NCBI GenBank assembly: GCA_040255215.1
Contig: JBDZUM010000005.1
Coordinates: 1-60,167 of the forward strand
Reading direction: 5' to 3'
Source of the DNA: Rhodospirillaceae bacterium
GTDB taxonomy: Bacteria; Pseudomonadota; Alphaproteobacteria; Reyranellales; JAQSWP01
Length of the DNA stretch: 60,167 bases
Positions 24,663 through 35,382 of this stretch are shown here, piece by piece; within the stretch, counting starts at the first letter, position 1; every line of letters starts with the position of its first letter. Both the position numbers and the translations under genes were made by a program. The notes beneath the pieces were generated by a model. The model ran no database searches. It had not been told where the DNA came from and saw only the letters and a list, made by a program, of their open reading frames with translations.

Positions 24663-26945
24663 ATGGCGGACGAACTCACCGACAGCGCGCTGCGCTATCA
24701 CCGTGTCCCCAAACCCGGGAAGCTCGAAGTCGTCGCCACCAAGCCGATGGCGACCCAGCGCGATCTCGCTTTGGCCTACTCGCCGGGCGTCGCTGCAGCC
24801 AGCCTTGCCATCGCCGCCGATCCGCGCGAGGCCGCCGGCCTGACGGCGCGCGCCAATCTCGTCGCCGTCGTGACCAACGGCACCGCCGTGCTGGGTCTGG
24901 GCGCCATCGGGCCGCTGGCCGCCAAGCCGGTCATGGAAGGCAAGGCGGTGCTGTTCAAGAAATTTGCCGGCATCGACGTCTTCGACATCGAGCTGGCGGA
25001 GAACGACCCCGATCGCCTGGTCGAGGTCATTGCCGCGCTCGAACCGACTTTCGGCGGCATCAATCTCGAGGACATCAAGGCGCCGGAATGCTTCATGGTG
25101 GAGAAGGCGCTGCGCGCCCGCCTGAAGATCCCGGTGTTTCACGACGACCAGCACGGCACCGCCATCATCGTCGGGGCGGCCGTGCTGAACGGTCTGAAGA
25201 TCGTCGGCAAGCGCATCGAGGACGCGAAGCTGGTCTGCTCCGGCGCCGGTGCCGCGGCGCTGTCGTGCCTCGACCTGCTGGTGAAGCTCGGCCTGCGGCG
25301 CGAGAACGTCATGGTCAGCGACATCGTCGGCGTGGTTTACGAAGGCCGCACCGAGCAGATGGACCCATGGAAGGCGCAGTACGCCCGCCCTACGAAGGCA
25401 CGCTCCCTGGGCGAGGTCATCGGCGATGCCGACATCTTCCTTGGTCTCTCGGCCGGCAACGTGCTCAAGCGGGACATGGTGGCGCGCATGGCGCCCAACC
25501 CGCTGGTCCTGGCGCTGGCCAATCCGACGCCGGAAATCCTGCCGGAAGAAGTGCTCGCGGTGCGGCAGGACGCTATCATCGCCACCGGCCGCTCCGACTA
25601 TCCCAACCAGGTCAACAACGTCCTCTGCTTCCCGTTCATATTCCGCGGCGCGCTCGACGTCGGCGCCACGGTCATCAACGACGACATGAAGATCGCCTGC
25701 GTCCATGCGCTGGCGACGCTGGCGCAGGCCGAGTCGTCCGACGTCGCCGCCCTGGCGTATGGCGGCGGGCCGACGACGTTCGGGCGCGACTACATCATTC
25801 CGCGGCCGTTCGACCCGCGTTTGCTGGTCCAATTGGCCCCGGCGGTCGCCCGCGCGGCCATGGACAGCGGCGTCGCCAGCCGCCCGATCGGCGATTTTGC
25901 GGTCTACCGCCAGCAGCTTAGCGAGTTCGTGTTCCGCTCGGGCCTGGCGATGAAGCCGATCTTCGAGAACGCGCGCAAGGCGCCCAGGCGGGTCATCTAC
26001 GCTGAGGGCGAGGACGAGCGCGTGCTGCGCGCCGCCCAGGTGCTGGTGGAGGAGGGCATTGCCCGCCCGATCCTGATCGGCCGGCCCGAGATCGTGCAAC
26101 GCCGCATCGCCCAGCTTGGCCTGCGCCTGAAGCCGGGCAACGACGTTGAGATCGTCAATCCGGCCAGCGCTCCGCGCTATCCCGAATACGTCGCGCTCTA
26201 TCATCTGCTGATGGAGCGCAAGGGCGTGTCGCCCGACCTGGCGCGCACCCTGGTGCGGACCAACTCGACCATCATCGCCGCCCTCGCCGTCCACAAGGGC
26301 GACGCCGACGCGATGATCTGCGGCACGGTGGGGCGCTTTCCGGTCCATCTGCAGGTGGTTGAGGACATCATCGGCCGCCGCGCCGACGTTCATAATCTCT
26401 ACGCCCTGTCGCTGCTGATCATTCCCGGCGGCACGGTGTTTCTGTGCGACACCTACGTCAACGAGAACCCGAGCGCCGCCGACATCTGCGAGATGACGCT
26501 GCTGGCGGCCGAGGAACTGCGGCGTTTCGGCGTCGAACCGAAAGTCGGGCTGCTATCCCATTCCAGCTTCGGCACCAGCCGCAGCGACTCGGCCATCCGC
26601 ATGCGGGAAGCCCTGAAGCTGATCAACGAACGGGCGCCGGCGCTGGAAGTCGACGGCGAAATGCATGCCGACGCTGCGCTGTCGTCGGAAATCCGCGACC
26701 GCATCTTCCCGAATTCGCGCCTGCGCGGCGCGGCCAATCTGCTGGTCATGCCCTCGCTCGACGCGGCCAACATCGCGTTCAATCTGCTGAAACAGGCGGG
26801 CGGCGGGCTCGCCGTCGGTCCGATCCTGCTCGGCGCCGCCAGGGCTTGCCATATCCTCACCCCGTCGGTGACCGCGCGCGGCATCGTCAACATGAGCGCC
26901 GTCGCCGTCGTCGACGCCGGCACCGGGAAGACGGTCGGCGCGTGA
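24663..26945 (+). CDS. maeB: NADP-dependent malic enzyme (malic enzyme + phosphotransacetylase-like domain)
   Basis: 760 aa, [20 protein letters not shown]...[11 protein letters not shown]...[15 protein letters not shown]. The C-terminal roughly 330 aa are PTA-like. Confidence 0.93.
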   Translation: MADELTDSALRYHRVPKPGKLEVVATKPMATQRDLALAYSPGVAAASLAIAADPREAAGLTARANLVAVVTNGTAVLGLGAIGPLAAKPVMEGKAVLFKKFAGIDVFDIELAENDPDRLVEVIAALEPTFGGINLEDIKAPECFMVEKALRARLKIPVFHDDQHGTAIIVGAAVLNGLKIVGKRIEDAKLVCSGAGAAALSCLDLLVKLGLRRENVMVSDIVGVVYEGRTEQMDPWKAQYARPTKARSLGEVIGDADIFLGLSAGNVLKRDMVARMAPNPLVLALANPTPEILPEEVLAVRQDAIIATGRSDYPNQVNNVLCFPFIFRGALDVGATVINDDMKIACVHALATLAQAESSDVAALAYGGGPTTFGRDYIIPRPFDPRLLVQLAPAVARAAMDSGVASRPIGDFAVYRQQLSEFVFRSGLAMKPIFENARKAPRRVIYAEGEDERVLRAAQVLVEEGIARPILIGRPEIVQRRIAQLGLRLKPGNDVEIVNPASAPRYPEYVALYHLLMERKGVSPDLARTLVRTNSTIIAALAVHKGDADAMICGTVGRFPVHLQVVEDIIGRRADVHNLYALSLLIIPGGTVFLCDTYVNENPSAADICEMTLLAAEELRRFGVEPKVGLLSHSSFGTSRSDSAIRMREALKLINERAPALEVDGEMHADAALSSEIRDRIFPNSRLRGAANLLVMPSLDAANIAFNLLKQAGGGLAVGPILLGAARACHILTPSVTARGIVNMSAVAVVDAGTGKTVGA

Positions 26946-28330
26946 GCGATGCGACGGAAAACACCGCGGCCGAAGCACCGGCGAACCTGCGGCCGGTAAC
27001 GCCCGAACTCGTCGAGGCGATCGCCGTCGCCATGCGCGAGGGCCGGCCGCGCGAGGTCCGCGAGCTGGTCGGCCCCCTGTCGCCGCCAGACATGGCCTGG
27101 GTGCTCGAGCAGCTTTCCGAAGAGGAACGCCAGCGGCTTCTCGACCTGGTCAACACCGATCTCGATCCGGAAGTGCTGGTCGAGCTCGACGAATCGGTCC
27201 GCGATTCGGTCATCGAGCATCTCGGCCCCGAAAGCGTCGCTGCGGCTGCCGCCGAACTCGACTCGGACGATGCCGTCGACATCATCGGCGATCTCGACGA
27301 GGCCGACCGCGAGCAGGTGCTTGCCGCCATGCCGGCCGAGGATCGCGCCGAGATCGAACAGGCGCTGGCCTACGACGAGGACACCGCCGGCCGCATGATG
27401 CAGCGCGAGTTGGTCGCGGTGCCGCAGAAATGGAGCGTCGGCGAGGTCATCGACTATCTGCGCGAATCGGCCGAGGAACTGCCCGAGGATTTCTACGACA
27501 TTTTCGTGGTCGACGACGACAACCGGCCGGTCGGCACCGTGGCGCTGGGCGCTCTGGTGCGCACCAAGCGGCCGATCCTCGTGGCCGACATCAAGGATCC
27601 CGATCTGCGCACTCTGCCGGTGACGACGCGGCAGGAGGAGGTCGCCCATATCTTCCGCGACCACAATTTGGTCTCGGCGCCGGTCATCGACGCCGACGGC
27701 AAGCTCGTCGGCGTGATCACGGTCGACGACGTCGTCGACGTGATCGACGAAGAGGCTGAAAAGGACATGCTGGGCCTTGCTGGCGTCAGCGAGGCCGACA
27801 TCTATGCCGACGTCAAGCGCATGGTGCAGGTGCGCCTGCCGTGGCTGGTGCTCAATCTCATTACGGCGATCGTCGCCTCGACCGTCATTGCGCTGTTCGA
27901 GGACGAGATCCGCATCATCGTCGCTCTGGCCGTTCTGGCGCCCATAGTCGCCTCGATGGGCGGCAATGCCGGCACGCAGACCCTGGCGGTGGCGGTGCGA
28001 GCGCTGGCGACGCAGGAACTGACGACGCGCAATGCCGCCCGCTTCATCGGCAAGGAAACCGTCGTCGGCAGCCTCAACGGGCTGGCGCTGGCGCTGGTGG
28101 TCGGTGCGGTGGCGTGGGGATGGTTCGGCGAGTGGCGGATCGGGGCCATCATCGGCGCGGCCACCATCGCCAATCTGGTGGCGGCCTGCCTGGCCGGAAC
28201 GTTGATACCGCTGACCTTGAACCGGCTGAACGTCGATCCGGCCGTGTCGTCCGGCGTTTTCGTGACGACGGTGACCGACGTCGTCGGCTTCTTCGCCTTT
28301 CTCGGTCTGGCGGCGTTCTTCCTCTTCTAG
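26942..28330 (+). CDS. mgtE: magnesium transporter MgtE
   Basis: GTG 26942 overlaps the maeB TGA (GTGA), within ORF 26444..28330. N-domain, CBS pair (VVDDDNRPVGTVALGAL...VIDADGKLVGVITVDDV) and TM domain with GGNAGTQ. Confidence 0.9.
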   Translation: MSDATENTAAEAPANLRPVTPELVEAIAVAMREGRPREVRELVGPLSPPDMAWVLEQLSEEERQRLLDLVNTDLDPEVLVELDESVRDSVIEHLGPESVAAAAAELDSDDAVDIIGDLDEADREQVLAAMPAEDRAEIEQALAYDEDTAGRMMQRELVAVPQKWSVGEVIDYLRESAEELPEDFYDIFVVDDDNRPVGTVALGALVRTKRPILVADIKDPDLRTLPVTTRQEEVAHIFRDHNLVSAPVIDADGKLVGVITVDDVVDVIDEEAEKDMLGLAGVSEADIYADVKRMVQVRLPWLVLNLITAIVASTVIALFEDEIRIIVALAVLAPIVASMGGNAGTQTLAVAVRALATQELTTRNAARFIGKETVVGSLNGLALALVVGAVAWGWFGEWRIGAIIGAATIANLVAACLAGTLIPLTLNRLNVDPAVSSGVFVTTVTDVVGFFAFLGLAAFFLF

Positions 28331-29229
28331 TGGGCAAAGCCGAGGCGGCTGTCGCGCCCGCTTGCCCTCCAGCGCAGACCCTGCGCTGCCTCGCGGGCCG
28401 CATCGATCGCATCCGACGGCAGACCGGGACGCCAGGCCAGAACCAGTCGACGGGATAGCGGCAGCTCGTCTACTGCCAGCAGCGCCATGCCAGGGCGTGC
28501 CAGCGATTCGGGCAGGAAGGCCGCGCCCAGCCCGGCAACCACCATGTCGGCTACGGTCTCCTCGCACGGGCTGCGTAGCAACAGGCGCGGGCGAACCCCG
28601 TGCTCGGCGAAGATGCGGCGGGCCGCATCCGCCACCTCGCAGCGCTGGCGCACGAGGAACGCCAGATCGGCCAGATCGGCAGCGCTGCAGCGCTCTCTTG
28701 TGGCCAGCACATGCGTGACGGCGATCGCCAATCGATAGGGTTCGCGCAACAGCGCATGGTTGGGGAGATCGCCGGTCGCGTCGTCAGACAGAGTCACCGC
28801 AATATCGAGTTTGCCCTGGCGCAATCGTCCGGCAAGCCCGGCTACCCCGCCTTCGGTGATCTCCAAATCGGCCGGCCCGTAAAGTCCAACCAGTCGCCGT
28901 GCCATCTCGCTGCCGATGCTACGGGGCAGGGAGGGGATCAGCCCCAGCCGCAGGCGGCGCGACGGCATGGCCGCGGCGAAGTCCCGCTGCGCCTGGCGCC
29001 ATTCGCCCATCATCGTCTGTGCCCGGCCGACGAAGCGCTGGCCGGCCGGGGTCAGGCTGGCCCGCCGCCTGTCGCGCTCGAACAGGCGCACCCCGAGCTG
29101 TGCCTCCAGCCGGGCGATGGCCATGGAAAGCGTCGGCTGAGTGACGTTCAGGCGTTCGGCGGCGCGCGTGAAGCTGCCGATCTCGGCCAGGGCCAGAAAG
29201 TAGCGCAATCCGGAGAGGTTCATCATCAT
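28327..29229 (-). CDS. LysR-family transcriptional regulator
   Basis: 300 aa with an N-terminal wHTH, LRYFLALAEIGSFTRAAERLNVTQPTLSMAIARLE. Divergent from the thioesterase/ivd genes. Confidence 0.92.
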   Translation of the reverse strand: MMMNLSGLRYFLALAEIGSFTRAAERLNVTQPTLSMAIARLEAQLGVRLFERDRRRASLTPAGQRFVGRAQTMMGEWRQAQRDFAAAMPSRRLRLGLIPSLPRSIGSEMARRLVGLYGPADLEITEGGVAGLAGRLRQGKLDIAVTLSDDATGDLPNHALLREPYRLAIAVTHVLATRERCSAADLADLAFLVRQRCEVADAARRIFAEHGVRPRLLLRSPCEETVADMVVAGLGAAFLPESLARPGMALLAVDELPLSRRLVLAWRPGLPSDAIDAAREAAQGLRWRASGRDSRLGFAH

Positions 29230-29242
29230 AGCTAAAAGCTAT
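29228..29242. promoter_or_regulatory. LTTR-type T-N11-A box (ATAGC-N5-GCTAT)
   Basis: Perfect dyad ATAGCTAAAAGCTAT overlaps the LysR start codon in the AT-rich divergent region. A second dyad, AATGGCT-GG-AGCCATT, lies at 29276-29291. Confidence 0.5.
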
Positions 29243-29319
29243 TTAAAACATAAAAACAATAGATTTTACCGAATGAATGGCTGGAGCCATTGTGGCCGCA
29301 CCGATCGAGGGAGGTATCC

Positions 29320-29769
29320 ATGGACGGGCTTGTGGCCAACGATCCGCTCTATGCCGAGCGCGTGCGCGACAGTTTCCAGCGCCAGAACGCCATGCGTTTC
29401 ATCGGCGCCTCGCTGGTCCGGGTCGAGCCGGGCTACGCGGAGATCGAGCTGCCGTATCGCGACGAGCTCACCCAGCAGCACAAATTCTTCCATGGCGGGA
29501 TCACCACGATGATCGCCGATTCCGCTGGTGGCTACGCCGCCTATTCGCTGTTTCCCGCGGATGCCTCGGTGCTCACCGTGGAATTCAAGATGAGCCTGCT
29601 GGCGCCGGCTGCTGGCGAGAAACTGGTCGCTTCGGCGCGGGTGGTGAAGCCGGGCCGAACCCTCACTCTATGCGATGTCGAAGTGCATGCGATCGACGGC
29701 GAGAAGCGGACCCTCGTCCTGAAGGGCCTGGAGACGCTGATCTGCCTGCACGGCAAGGCAGACAGGTGA
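29320..29769 (+). CDS. PaaI-family hotdog-fold thioesterase
   Basis: ATG 29320 follows a GAGGGAGG Shine-Dalgarno inside ORF 29290..29769; FHGGITTMIADSAGGYAAYS...TVEFKMSLLAPA is PaaI-like. Confidence 0.8.
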   Translation: MDGLVANDPLYAERVRDSFQRQNAMRFIGASLVRVEPGYAEIELPYRDELTQQHKFFHGGITTMIADSAGGYAAYSLFPADASVLTVEFKMSLLAPAAGEKLVASARVVKPGRTLTLCDVEVHAIDGEKRTLVLKGLETLICLHGKADR

Positions 29770-29773
29770 CGCC

Positions 29774-30232
29774 ATGATCCGCACTCTGCGCATGGTGGTG
29801 CAGGCCTGGCATTGCGATCATGTCGGGCATCTCAACGCCGGCATCTACATGCAGTGGCTGGGCGACGCCGCCTTCTCGCTGTTCGCCGAATATGGGCTCG
29901 ACGGCCAGAACGGCCGCCGCCTGGGCGTCAACATGGCGGCGGTGCGCGCCGAAATCGATTTCAAGCGCGAGCTGAAGCCGGGCGACACCGTCGTGATGGA
30001 CAGCGATCTGGCGGAACTGTCGACCCGGACCGCCGTGCTGCACCACCGCCTGACGCGGCTGGGCGACAACGTGCTGGCGATGGACGCCAGGCTGATGGCC
30101 GTCTGCCTCGACCTGGAAACCCGCAAGGCGCGGCCTTTCCCCGAAGAAATCGCCGCGCGACTGGCGTCGTTGCTCGCGCCCGCCGCCAATGCCACCATGG
30201 CGCCGCCTCAACCTCTGCAAATGACGAGATAG
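29774..30232 (+). CDS. acyl-CoA thioesterase, 4HBT/YbgC-like hotdog fold
   Basis: 152 aa, [27 protein letters not shown]... (active-site Asp/His region typical of the 4HBT family). Confidence 0.7.
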   Translation: MIRTLRMVVQAWHCDHVGHLNAGIYMQWLGDAAFSLFAEYGLDGQNGRRLGVNMAAVRAEIDFKRELKPGDTVVMDSDLAELSTRTAVLHHRLTRLGDNVLAMDARLMAVCLDLETRKARPFPEEIAARLASLLAPAANATMAPPQPLQMTR

Positions 30233-30234
30233 CG

Positions 30235-31407
30235 ATGATTCCCAACACGATGAACACTTTCGATTTCGGCCTGGGCGAGACCGCCGAGGCGATCCGCGAG
30301 CAGGTGGCGAACTTCACCGCCGACGAGATCGCCCCGCGCGCCGCCGATATCGACCGCGACAACGATTTCCCCGCCGATCTGTGGCGCAAGATGGGCGATC
30401 TCGGCATTCTCGGCATCACCGTCGAGGAAGAATACGGCGGCGCGGCGCTGGGCTATCTCGAGCATGTCGTGGCGCTGGAGGAAGTCAGCCGCGGTTCGGC
30501 TTCGGTGGGCTTGAGCTATGCCGCGCATTCCAATCTCTGCGTCAATCAGATCCGGCGCAACGCCAGCGAGGAGCAGAAGAAGAAATACCTGCCCAAGCTG
30601 ATCTCCGGCCACCATGTCGGCGCGCTGGCGATGAGCGAGCCGGGGGCGGGATCGGATGTCGTCGGCATGAAGCTGCGCGCCGACAAGAAGGGCGATCGCT
30701 ATGTGCTCAACGGCAGCAAGATGTGGATCACCAACGGCCCCGACGCCGATACGCTGGTCGTCTACGCCAAGACCGACATCAACGCCGGCCCGCGCGGCAT
30801 CACGGCCTTCATCATCGAAAAGGGCTTCAAGGGTTTCTCGGTGGCGCAGAAGCTCGACAAGCTCGGCATGCGCGGCTCGAACACCGGCGAACTCGTGTTC
30901 CAGGACTGCGAGGTGCCGGCCGAGAACGTGCTGGGCCAGGTCGGCAAGGGCGTCAACGTGCTGATGAGCGGCCTGGACTACGAGCGCGCCGTGCTCGCCG
31001 CCGGGCCGCTGGGCATCATGCAGGCCTGCATGGACGTGGCGCTGCCCTATATCCACGAGCGCAAGCAGTTCGGCCAGCCGATCGGCGAGTTCCAGCTGGT
31101 GCAAGGCAAGATCGCCGACATGTACACGACGATGAACGCCTGCAAGGCCTACGTGTACTCGGTGGCCAAGGCCTGCGATGCCGGCAGGACCACGCGCTAC
31201 GATGCCGCCGGCGCCATTCTCTACGCGGCCGAGAAAGCGACCCTGGTGGCGCTCGACGCCATCCAGCTGCTGGGCGGCAACGGCTACATCAATGACTATC
31301 CCACGGGCCGCCTGCTGCGCGACGCCAAGCTCTACGAGATCGGCGCCGGCACTTCGGAGATCCGCCGCATGCTGATCGGCCGCGAGCTGTTCCAGCAGAC
31401 CGCCTAG
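30235..31407 (+). CDS. ivd: isovaleryl-CoA dehydrogenase
   Basis: ATG 30235 within ORF 29812..31407 gives 390 aa; [16 protein letters not shown]...[14 protein letters not shown]...[21 protein letters not shown]...[20 protein letters not shown] closely resembles IVD/LiuA. Confidence 0.9.
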   Translation: MIPNTMNTFDFGLGETAEAIREQVANFTADEIAPRAADIDRDNDFPADLWRKMGDLGILGITVEEEYGGAALGYLEHVVALEEVSRGSASVGLSYAAHSNLCVNQIRRNASEEQKKKYLPKLISGHHVGALAMSEPGAGSDVVGMKLRADKKGDRYVLNGSKMWITNGPDADTLVVYAKTDINAGPRGITAFIIEKGFKGFSVAQKLDKLGMRGSNTGELVFQDCEVPAENVLGQVGKGVNVLMSGLDYERAVLAAGPLGIMQACMDVALPYIHERKQFGQPIGEFQLVQGKIADMYTTMNACKAYVYSVAKACDAGRTTRYDAAGAILYAAEKATLVALDAIQLLGGNGYINDYPTGRLLRDAKLYEIGAGTSEIRRMLIGRELFQQTA

Positions 31408-31493
31408 GGCCTCACAAGCTTTTGTTGATCGCTTGACCAGGTGGCGGGCTTAGAATTCTTCCTGCGGGCGCCGAAGCCCGCGGGGAGGTTTCA

Positions 31494-31904
31494 ATGCCGG
31501 AGATCAATTATCTCGCCGTGTTGGTGGCGGGCGTCGCCACCTGGATCATTGGCGCTGTTTGGTATTCGCCCGTGCTGTTCGCCAAGCCATGGATGGCCGC
31601 GCACGGCTACACGCCGGAGAAAATGGAAGGCATGAAGGCCGGCATGATGCGAGCCTTCATCGGCTCGTTCATCTGCTATCTGGTGACGGCTGCGGTGTTG
31701 GCGGTGCTGATTGCCATGACCAACAGCGTCGGCATCGTTTCAGGCATCAAGCTCGGCGTGCTGTGCTGGGTCGGCTTCTCGGCCGCCCTGTTCCTGACGC
31801 AGAACCTTTACTCGGACAAGCCCCTGACCGTGTTTCTGGTCGATACCGGTTATCACCTGGTGTTTCTGATCGTAATGGGGGCGATTATCGGCGGCTGGCG
31901 CTAG
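31494..31904 (+). CDS. DUF1761-family membrane protein
   Basis: 136 aa with 4 predicted TM segments; N-terminus INYLAVLVAGVATWIIGAVWYSPVLFAKPWM is typical of DUF1761. Confidence 0.7.
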   Translation: MPEINYLAVLVAGVATWIIGAVWYSPVLFAKPWMAAHGYTPEKMEGMKAGMMRAFIGSFICYLVTAAVLAVLIAMTNSVGIVSGIKLGVLCWVGFSAALFLTQNLYSDKPLTVFLVDTGYHLVFLIVMGAIIGGWR

Positions 31905-32215
31905 GCCGTAGGCGCCTGGCCGTTGGCGAGCACTATGCGGTAGTGCTCGACCGTCGGGAACGGGTCGTAGAAATGGTGCAGCAGCGCCTTCCAGCGCTGG
32001 TAGTCGGCCGAGCCGCGGAAGCCCACCGTATGGTCCTCCAGCGTTCGCCACCACACCAGCAGCACGAAGCGGTTCCCGTTCTCGAGGCATTCCTGCAGCT
32101 GGTGGGCGATGTAGCCCGGCATGCCGGCGATGATGGCGCTCGCCTCGCGAAACGCGGCCTGAAAGGCCTCGCGCTGGCCGGGGCGGACGTCGAGCGTGGC
32201 GATTTCCAGGATCAT
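31901..32215 (-). CDS. antibiotic biosynthesis monooxygenase (ABM) domain protein
   Basis: 104 aa, ferredoxin-like ABM pattern (ILEIATLDVRPGQREAFQAAF...GYIAHQLQECLENGNRFVLLVWWRTLEDH). Confidence 0.7.
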   Translation of the reverse strand: MILEIATLDVRPGQREAFQAAFREASAIIAGMPGYIAHQLQECLENGNRFVLLVWWRTLEDHTVGFRGSADYQRWKALLHHFYDPFPTVEHYRIVLANGQAPTA

Positions 32216-32304
32216 GGCGGTCCTCCGGTGGCGGCATGGCGGAACGGCTTGCCGTTGCCGGCCCCGGGTCTATCATAGCCGCCCTGACGTCGCGGGAGGA
32301 CATA

Positions 32305-33096
32305 ATGAGCCAGGCACGCATGAGCGTGGCGGCCGCCGGCAAGAGCGGCGCGTCGCGCTATTCCGAAGCCGAATGGAAGACGCGCACCGATCTCGCCGCC
32401 TGCTATAGGCTGGTGCATCGCTTCGGCATGACCGACTTGATCTACAACCACATCACCGCCCGCATTCCAGGCACCGACCACCAGTACCTGATCAATCCCT
32501 ACGGCCACTACTATTCCGAGATCACCGCCTCGAATTTGGTGCGCATCGATCTGGCCGGCAACATCCTCGAGGACACGCCGCACGAGATCAATCCGGCCGG
32601 TTACGTCATCCACAGCGCCGTGCACGGCGCGCGGCCCGACGTGCAATGCGTCATCCATACCCACAGCCGCGCCGGCGTCGTCGTCTCCGCCCTCGAGGAG
32701 GGGCTGATCCCCATCGCCCAGGGCGGCTTCCAGTTCCACGATCGCGTCGCCTATCACGACTACGAGGGCTTCGCGGTTGACGAGAACGAGAAGCGCAGCC
32801 TGATCGCCGATCTCGGCAAGCGCAACGTGCTGATCCTGCGCAATCACGGCCTGCTGGTCTGCGGCCGCAGCATCTCCGAGGCTTTCCGGCTGATGTACTA
32901 TCTCGAGCAGGCCTGCCGGCTGCAGGTCGACATGATGGCGACCGGCGGCCGCCTGCGCCTGCCGCCATCCGAGGTCAGGGAGCACACCGCCCAGCAATGG
33001 GAAGGCGGCGCCGCCAATATCGGCACCACCGAAGGCCGCGAATGGCCGGCCCTGCTGCGCCTGCTCGACAAGGACGATCCGTCCTGGCGCGACTGA
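32305..33096 (+). CDS. class II aldolase/adducin-domain protein
   Basis: ATG 32305 follows a GGGAGGA Shine-Dalgarno inside ORF 32236..33096; ...NHITARIPG...LINPYG...IHSAVHGARPDVQCVIHTHS...ILRNHGLLVCG. Confidence 0.85.
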   Translation: MSQARMSVAAAGKSGASRYSEAEWKTRTDLAACYRLVHRFGMTDLIYNHITARIPGTDHQYLINPYGHYYSEITASNLVRIDLAGNILEDTPHEINPAGYVIHSAVHGARPDVQCVIHTHSRAGVVVSALEEGLIPIAQGGFQFHDRVAYHDYEGFAVDENEKRSLIADLGKRNVLILRNHGLLVCGRSISEAFRLMYYLEQACRLQVDMMATGGRLRLPPSEVREHTAQQWEGGAANIGTTEGREWPALLRLLDKDDPSWRD

Positions 33097-33133
33097 GCGC
33101 GCGACGTTTTTGAATTCGAAGGGAGTAATGCAT

Positions 33134-34309
33134 ATGACCAGCGATCCGATCGTCATCGTCGGCGCCGCCCGCACGCCGATGGGCGGCTTTCAAGGCAGCC
33201 TCAAGGACGTGCTGGCGCCGCAGCTCGGCACCATGGCCATCAAGGCCGCCCTCGAGCGCGCCGGCGTCGCGCCCGACAAGGTCGACGAGGTGATCATGGG
33301 CTGCGTGCTGCCGGCCGGCCAGGGGCAGGCGCCGGCCCGTCAGGCGTCGCTCGGGGCGGGGATTCCCGACAGCATCGGCGCCACCACCATCAACAAGATG
33401 TGCGGTTCGGGCATGAAGGCCGCCATGCTGGCGCATGATCTGATCGCGGCCGGCACCAACGAGGTCATGGTGGCCGGCGGCATGGAGAGCATGACCAACG
33501 CGCCCTATCTGCTGGAGAAGGCGCGCGGCGGCTACCGTCTCGGCCATGGCCGTGTGATGGACCACATGTTCCTCGACGGGCTGGAAGACGCCTACGACAA
33601 GGGCCGCCTGATGGGCACCTATGCCGAGGACTGCGCCCAGGCCTTCCAGTTCACCCGCCAGCAACAGGACGATTTCGCCATTTCGTCCCTGACCCGGGCG
33701 CAGAAGGCGATCAAGGACGGCACGTTCGACAAGGAGACCGTGCCGGTGGCCCTGAAATCGGAGCAGGTGACGCAGGACGAGCAGCCGCTCAAGGCGCGGC
33801 TCGACAAGATCCCGACCTTGAAGCCGGCGTTCCGCGCCGACGGCACGGTGACGCCGGCCAATTCCAGCTCGATTTCCGATGGCGGCGCGGCGCTGGTGCT
33901 GATGCGTCGCTCGGAAGCCGAGAAACGCGGCCTGAAGCCGCTGGCCGTGATCCACGGCCATACCACCCATGCCGCCCGGCCGGCCGATTTTCCCACCGCG
34001 CCGATCGGCGCCATCCGCAAGCTCTACGACAAGACCGGCTGGACGAAGAACGACGTCGATCTGTGGGAGATCAACGAGGCCTTCGCCGTCGTCACCATGG
34101 CGGCGATGCGCGAGCTCGACCTGCCGCACGACAAAGTCAACGTCCATGGCGGCGCCTGCGCGCTGGGCCATCCGATCGGCGCGTCGGGTGCGCGCATCCT
34201 GGTGACGCTGATGAACGCCCTCGACAAATACGGCATGAAGCGCGGCGTCGCGTCCCTGTGCATCGGCGGCGGCGAAGCCACCGCCATGGCGATCGAGCGC
34301 GTCGCCTGA
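33134..34309 (+). CDS. acetyl-CoA C-acetyltransferase (thiolase II)
   Basis: ATG 33134 within ORF 33110..34309; IVGAARTPMGGFQG, active-site INKMCGSGMKA, NVHGGACALGHPIGASGARIL, ASLCIGGGEA. Confidence 0.92.
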   Translation: MTSDPIVIVGAARTPMGGFQGSLKDVLAPQLGTMAIKAALERAGVAPDKVDEVIMGCVLPAGQGQAPARQASLGAGIPDSIGATTINKMCGSGMKAAMLAHDLIAAGTNEVMVAGGMESMTNAPYLLEKARGGYRLGHGRVMDHMFLDGLEDAYDKGRLMGTYAEDCAQAFQFTRQQQDDFAISSLTRAQKAIKDGTFDKETVPVALKSEQVTQDEQPLKARLDKIPTLKPAFRADGTVTPANSSSISDGGAALVLMRRSEAEKRGLKPLAVIHGHTTHAARPADFPTAPIGAIRKLYDKTGWTKNDVDLWEINEAFAVVTMAAMRELDLPHDKVNVHGGACALGHPIGASGARILVTLMNALDKYGMKRGVASLCIGGGEATAMAIERVA

Positions 34310-34311
34310 CC

Positions 34312-34695
34312 ATGCGGCGACTGATCTCCTCGGGCTCGGATTTCGAGAAGGTCGCCGGCTACTCGCGGGCGGTGGTCGACGGCGACTTCATATTCGTCGC
34401 CGGCACCACCGGCTTCGACTACGACCGCATGACCATCGCCGCCGACGCCGTCGAACAGACGCATCAGTGCTTTCGCAACATCGCCAAGGCGCTGGCGGAA
34501 GCGGGTTCAAGTCTCGACGATGCGGTGCGGGCCACCTATTACCTGACCGATGCGTCGCTGTTCGAGAAGGTCGCGCCGATCTTCGGCCAGTATTTCGCCA
34601 AGGCGCGGCCGGCCGCCACCGCGCTGGTCTGCCAGCTCGTCGATCCGCGCATGAAAATCGAGATCGAAGTCACCGCCCGCAAGAGACAGGGATAG
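34312..34695 (+). CDS. RidA/YjgF-family protein
   Basis: ATG 34312 lies 2 nt after the thiolase stop; 127 aa; YSRAVVDGDFIFVAGTTG...VEQTHQCFRNIAKALAEAGSSLDDAVRATYYL...ARPAAT...VDPRMKIEIEVTA. Confidence 0.85.
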   Translation: MRRLISSGSDFEKVAGYSRAVVDGDFIFVAGTTGFDYDRMTIAADAVEQTHQCFRNIAKALAEAGSSLDDAVRATYYLTDASLFEKVAPIFGQYFAKARPAATALVCQLVDPRMKIEIEVTARKRQG

Positions 34696-34697
34696 AC

Positions 34698-35378
34698 ATG
34701 CCGACAGTTCTGATCACCGGTGCCAGCCGCGGCATCGGCCTGGAGTTCGCTCGCCAGTACGCCGCCGCCGGCTGGAAGGTCCTGGCCTGCTGCCGCTCGC
34801 CCGGCAAGGCAACGGATCTGAACGGGATCGCCGGAGACGTATCCCTGTTCGCCCTCGATGTCGACGACGACGGCAACATCGCGGATCTGGCGAAGCAGCT
34901 CAAATCCGTGCCGATCGACGTGCTGGTCAACAATGCCGGCATTTCGAAGCCGGAGGCCAGCACGCTGGGCCAGATCTCCAGCGACGTCTGGCTGCAGGTG
35001 CTGCGCACCAACGCGGTGGCGCCGCTGAAGATGGCGGAGGCCTTCCTGTCCAATATGGAGGCGGGCAAGGAGAAGAAGCTGATCGCAATCTCAAGCCGCC
35101 TGGGCAGCATCGCGCTCAATGAAGGCGGCCGCTATTCCTATCGCTCGAGCAAGGCGGCCCTCAATTCGACGTGGAAGAGCCTGGCGGGCGATACGGCCGG
35201 CAAGGGCATGATCTGCGTGGTGTTCCATCCCGGCTGGGTGCAGACCGACATGGGCGGCAAGGCGGCCCCCGTCACGCCGCCGCAGAGCGTCGCGGGCATG
35301 ATGAAGGTAATCGCAAGCCTGACGAAGAAGGACAACGGCACCTTCCGCAATTTCGACGGCGATACGCTGCCCTGGTAG
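34698..35378 (+). CDS. short-chain dehydrogenase/reductase (SDR)
   Basis: ATG 34698; 226 aa; cofactor motif [15 protein letters not shown], catalytic [10 protein letters not shown]. Confidence 0.88.
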   Translation: MPTVLITGASRGIGLEFARQYAAAGWKVLACCRSPGKATDLNGIAGDVSLFALDVDDDGNIADLAKQLKSVPIDVLVNNAGISKPEASTLGQISSDVWLQVLRTNAVAPLKMAEAFLSNMEAGKEKKLIAISSRLGSIALNEGGRYSYRSSKAALNSTWKSLAGDTAGKGMICVVFHPGWVQTDMGGKAAPVTPPQSVAGMMKVIASLTKKDNGTFRNFDGDTLPW

Positions 35379-35382
35379 CCCG

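Noticed and set aside
26800-26945. Possible M-box (Mg2+) riboswitch upstream of mgtE.
   Set aside because: The region is the coding 3' end of maeB and the mgtE start overlaps the maeB stop. There is no non-coding leader.
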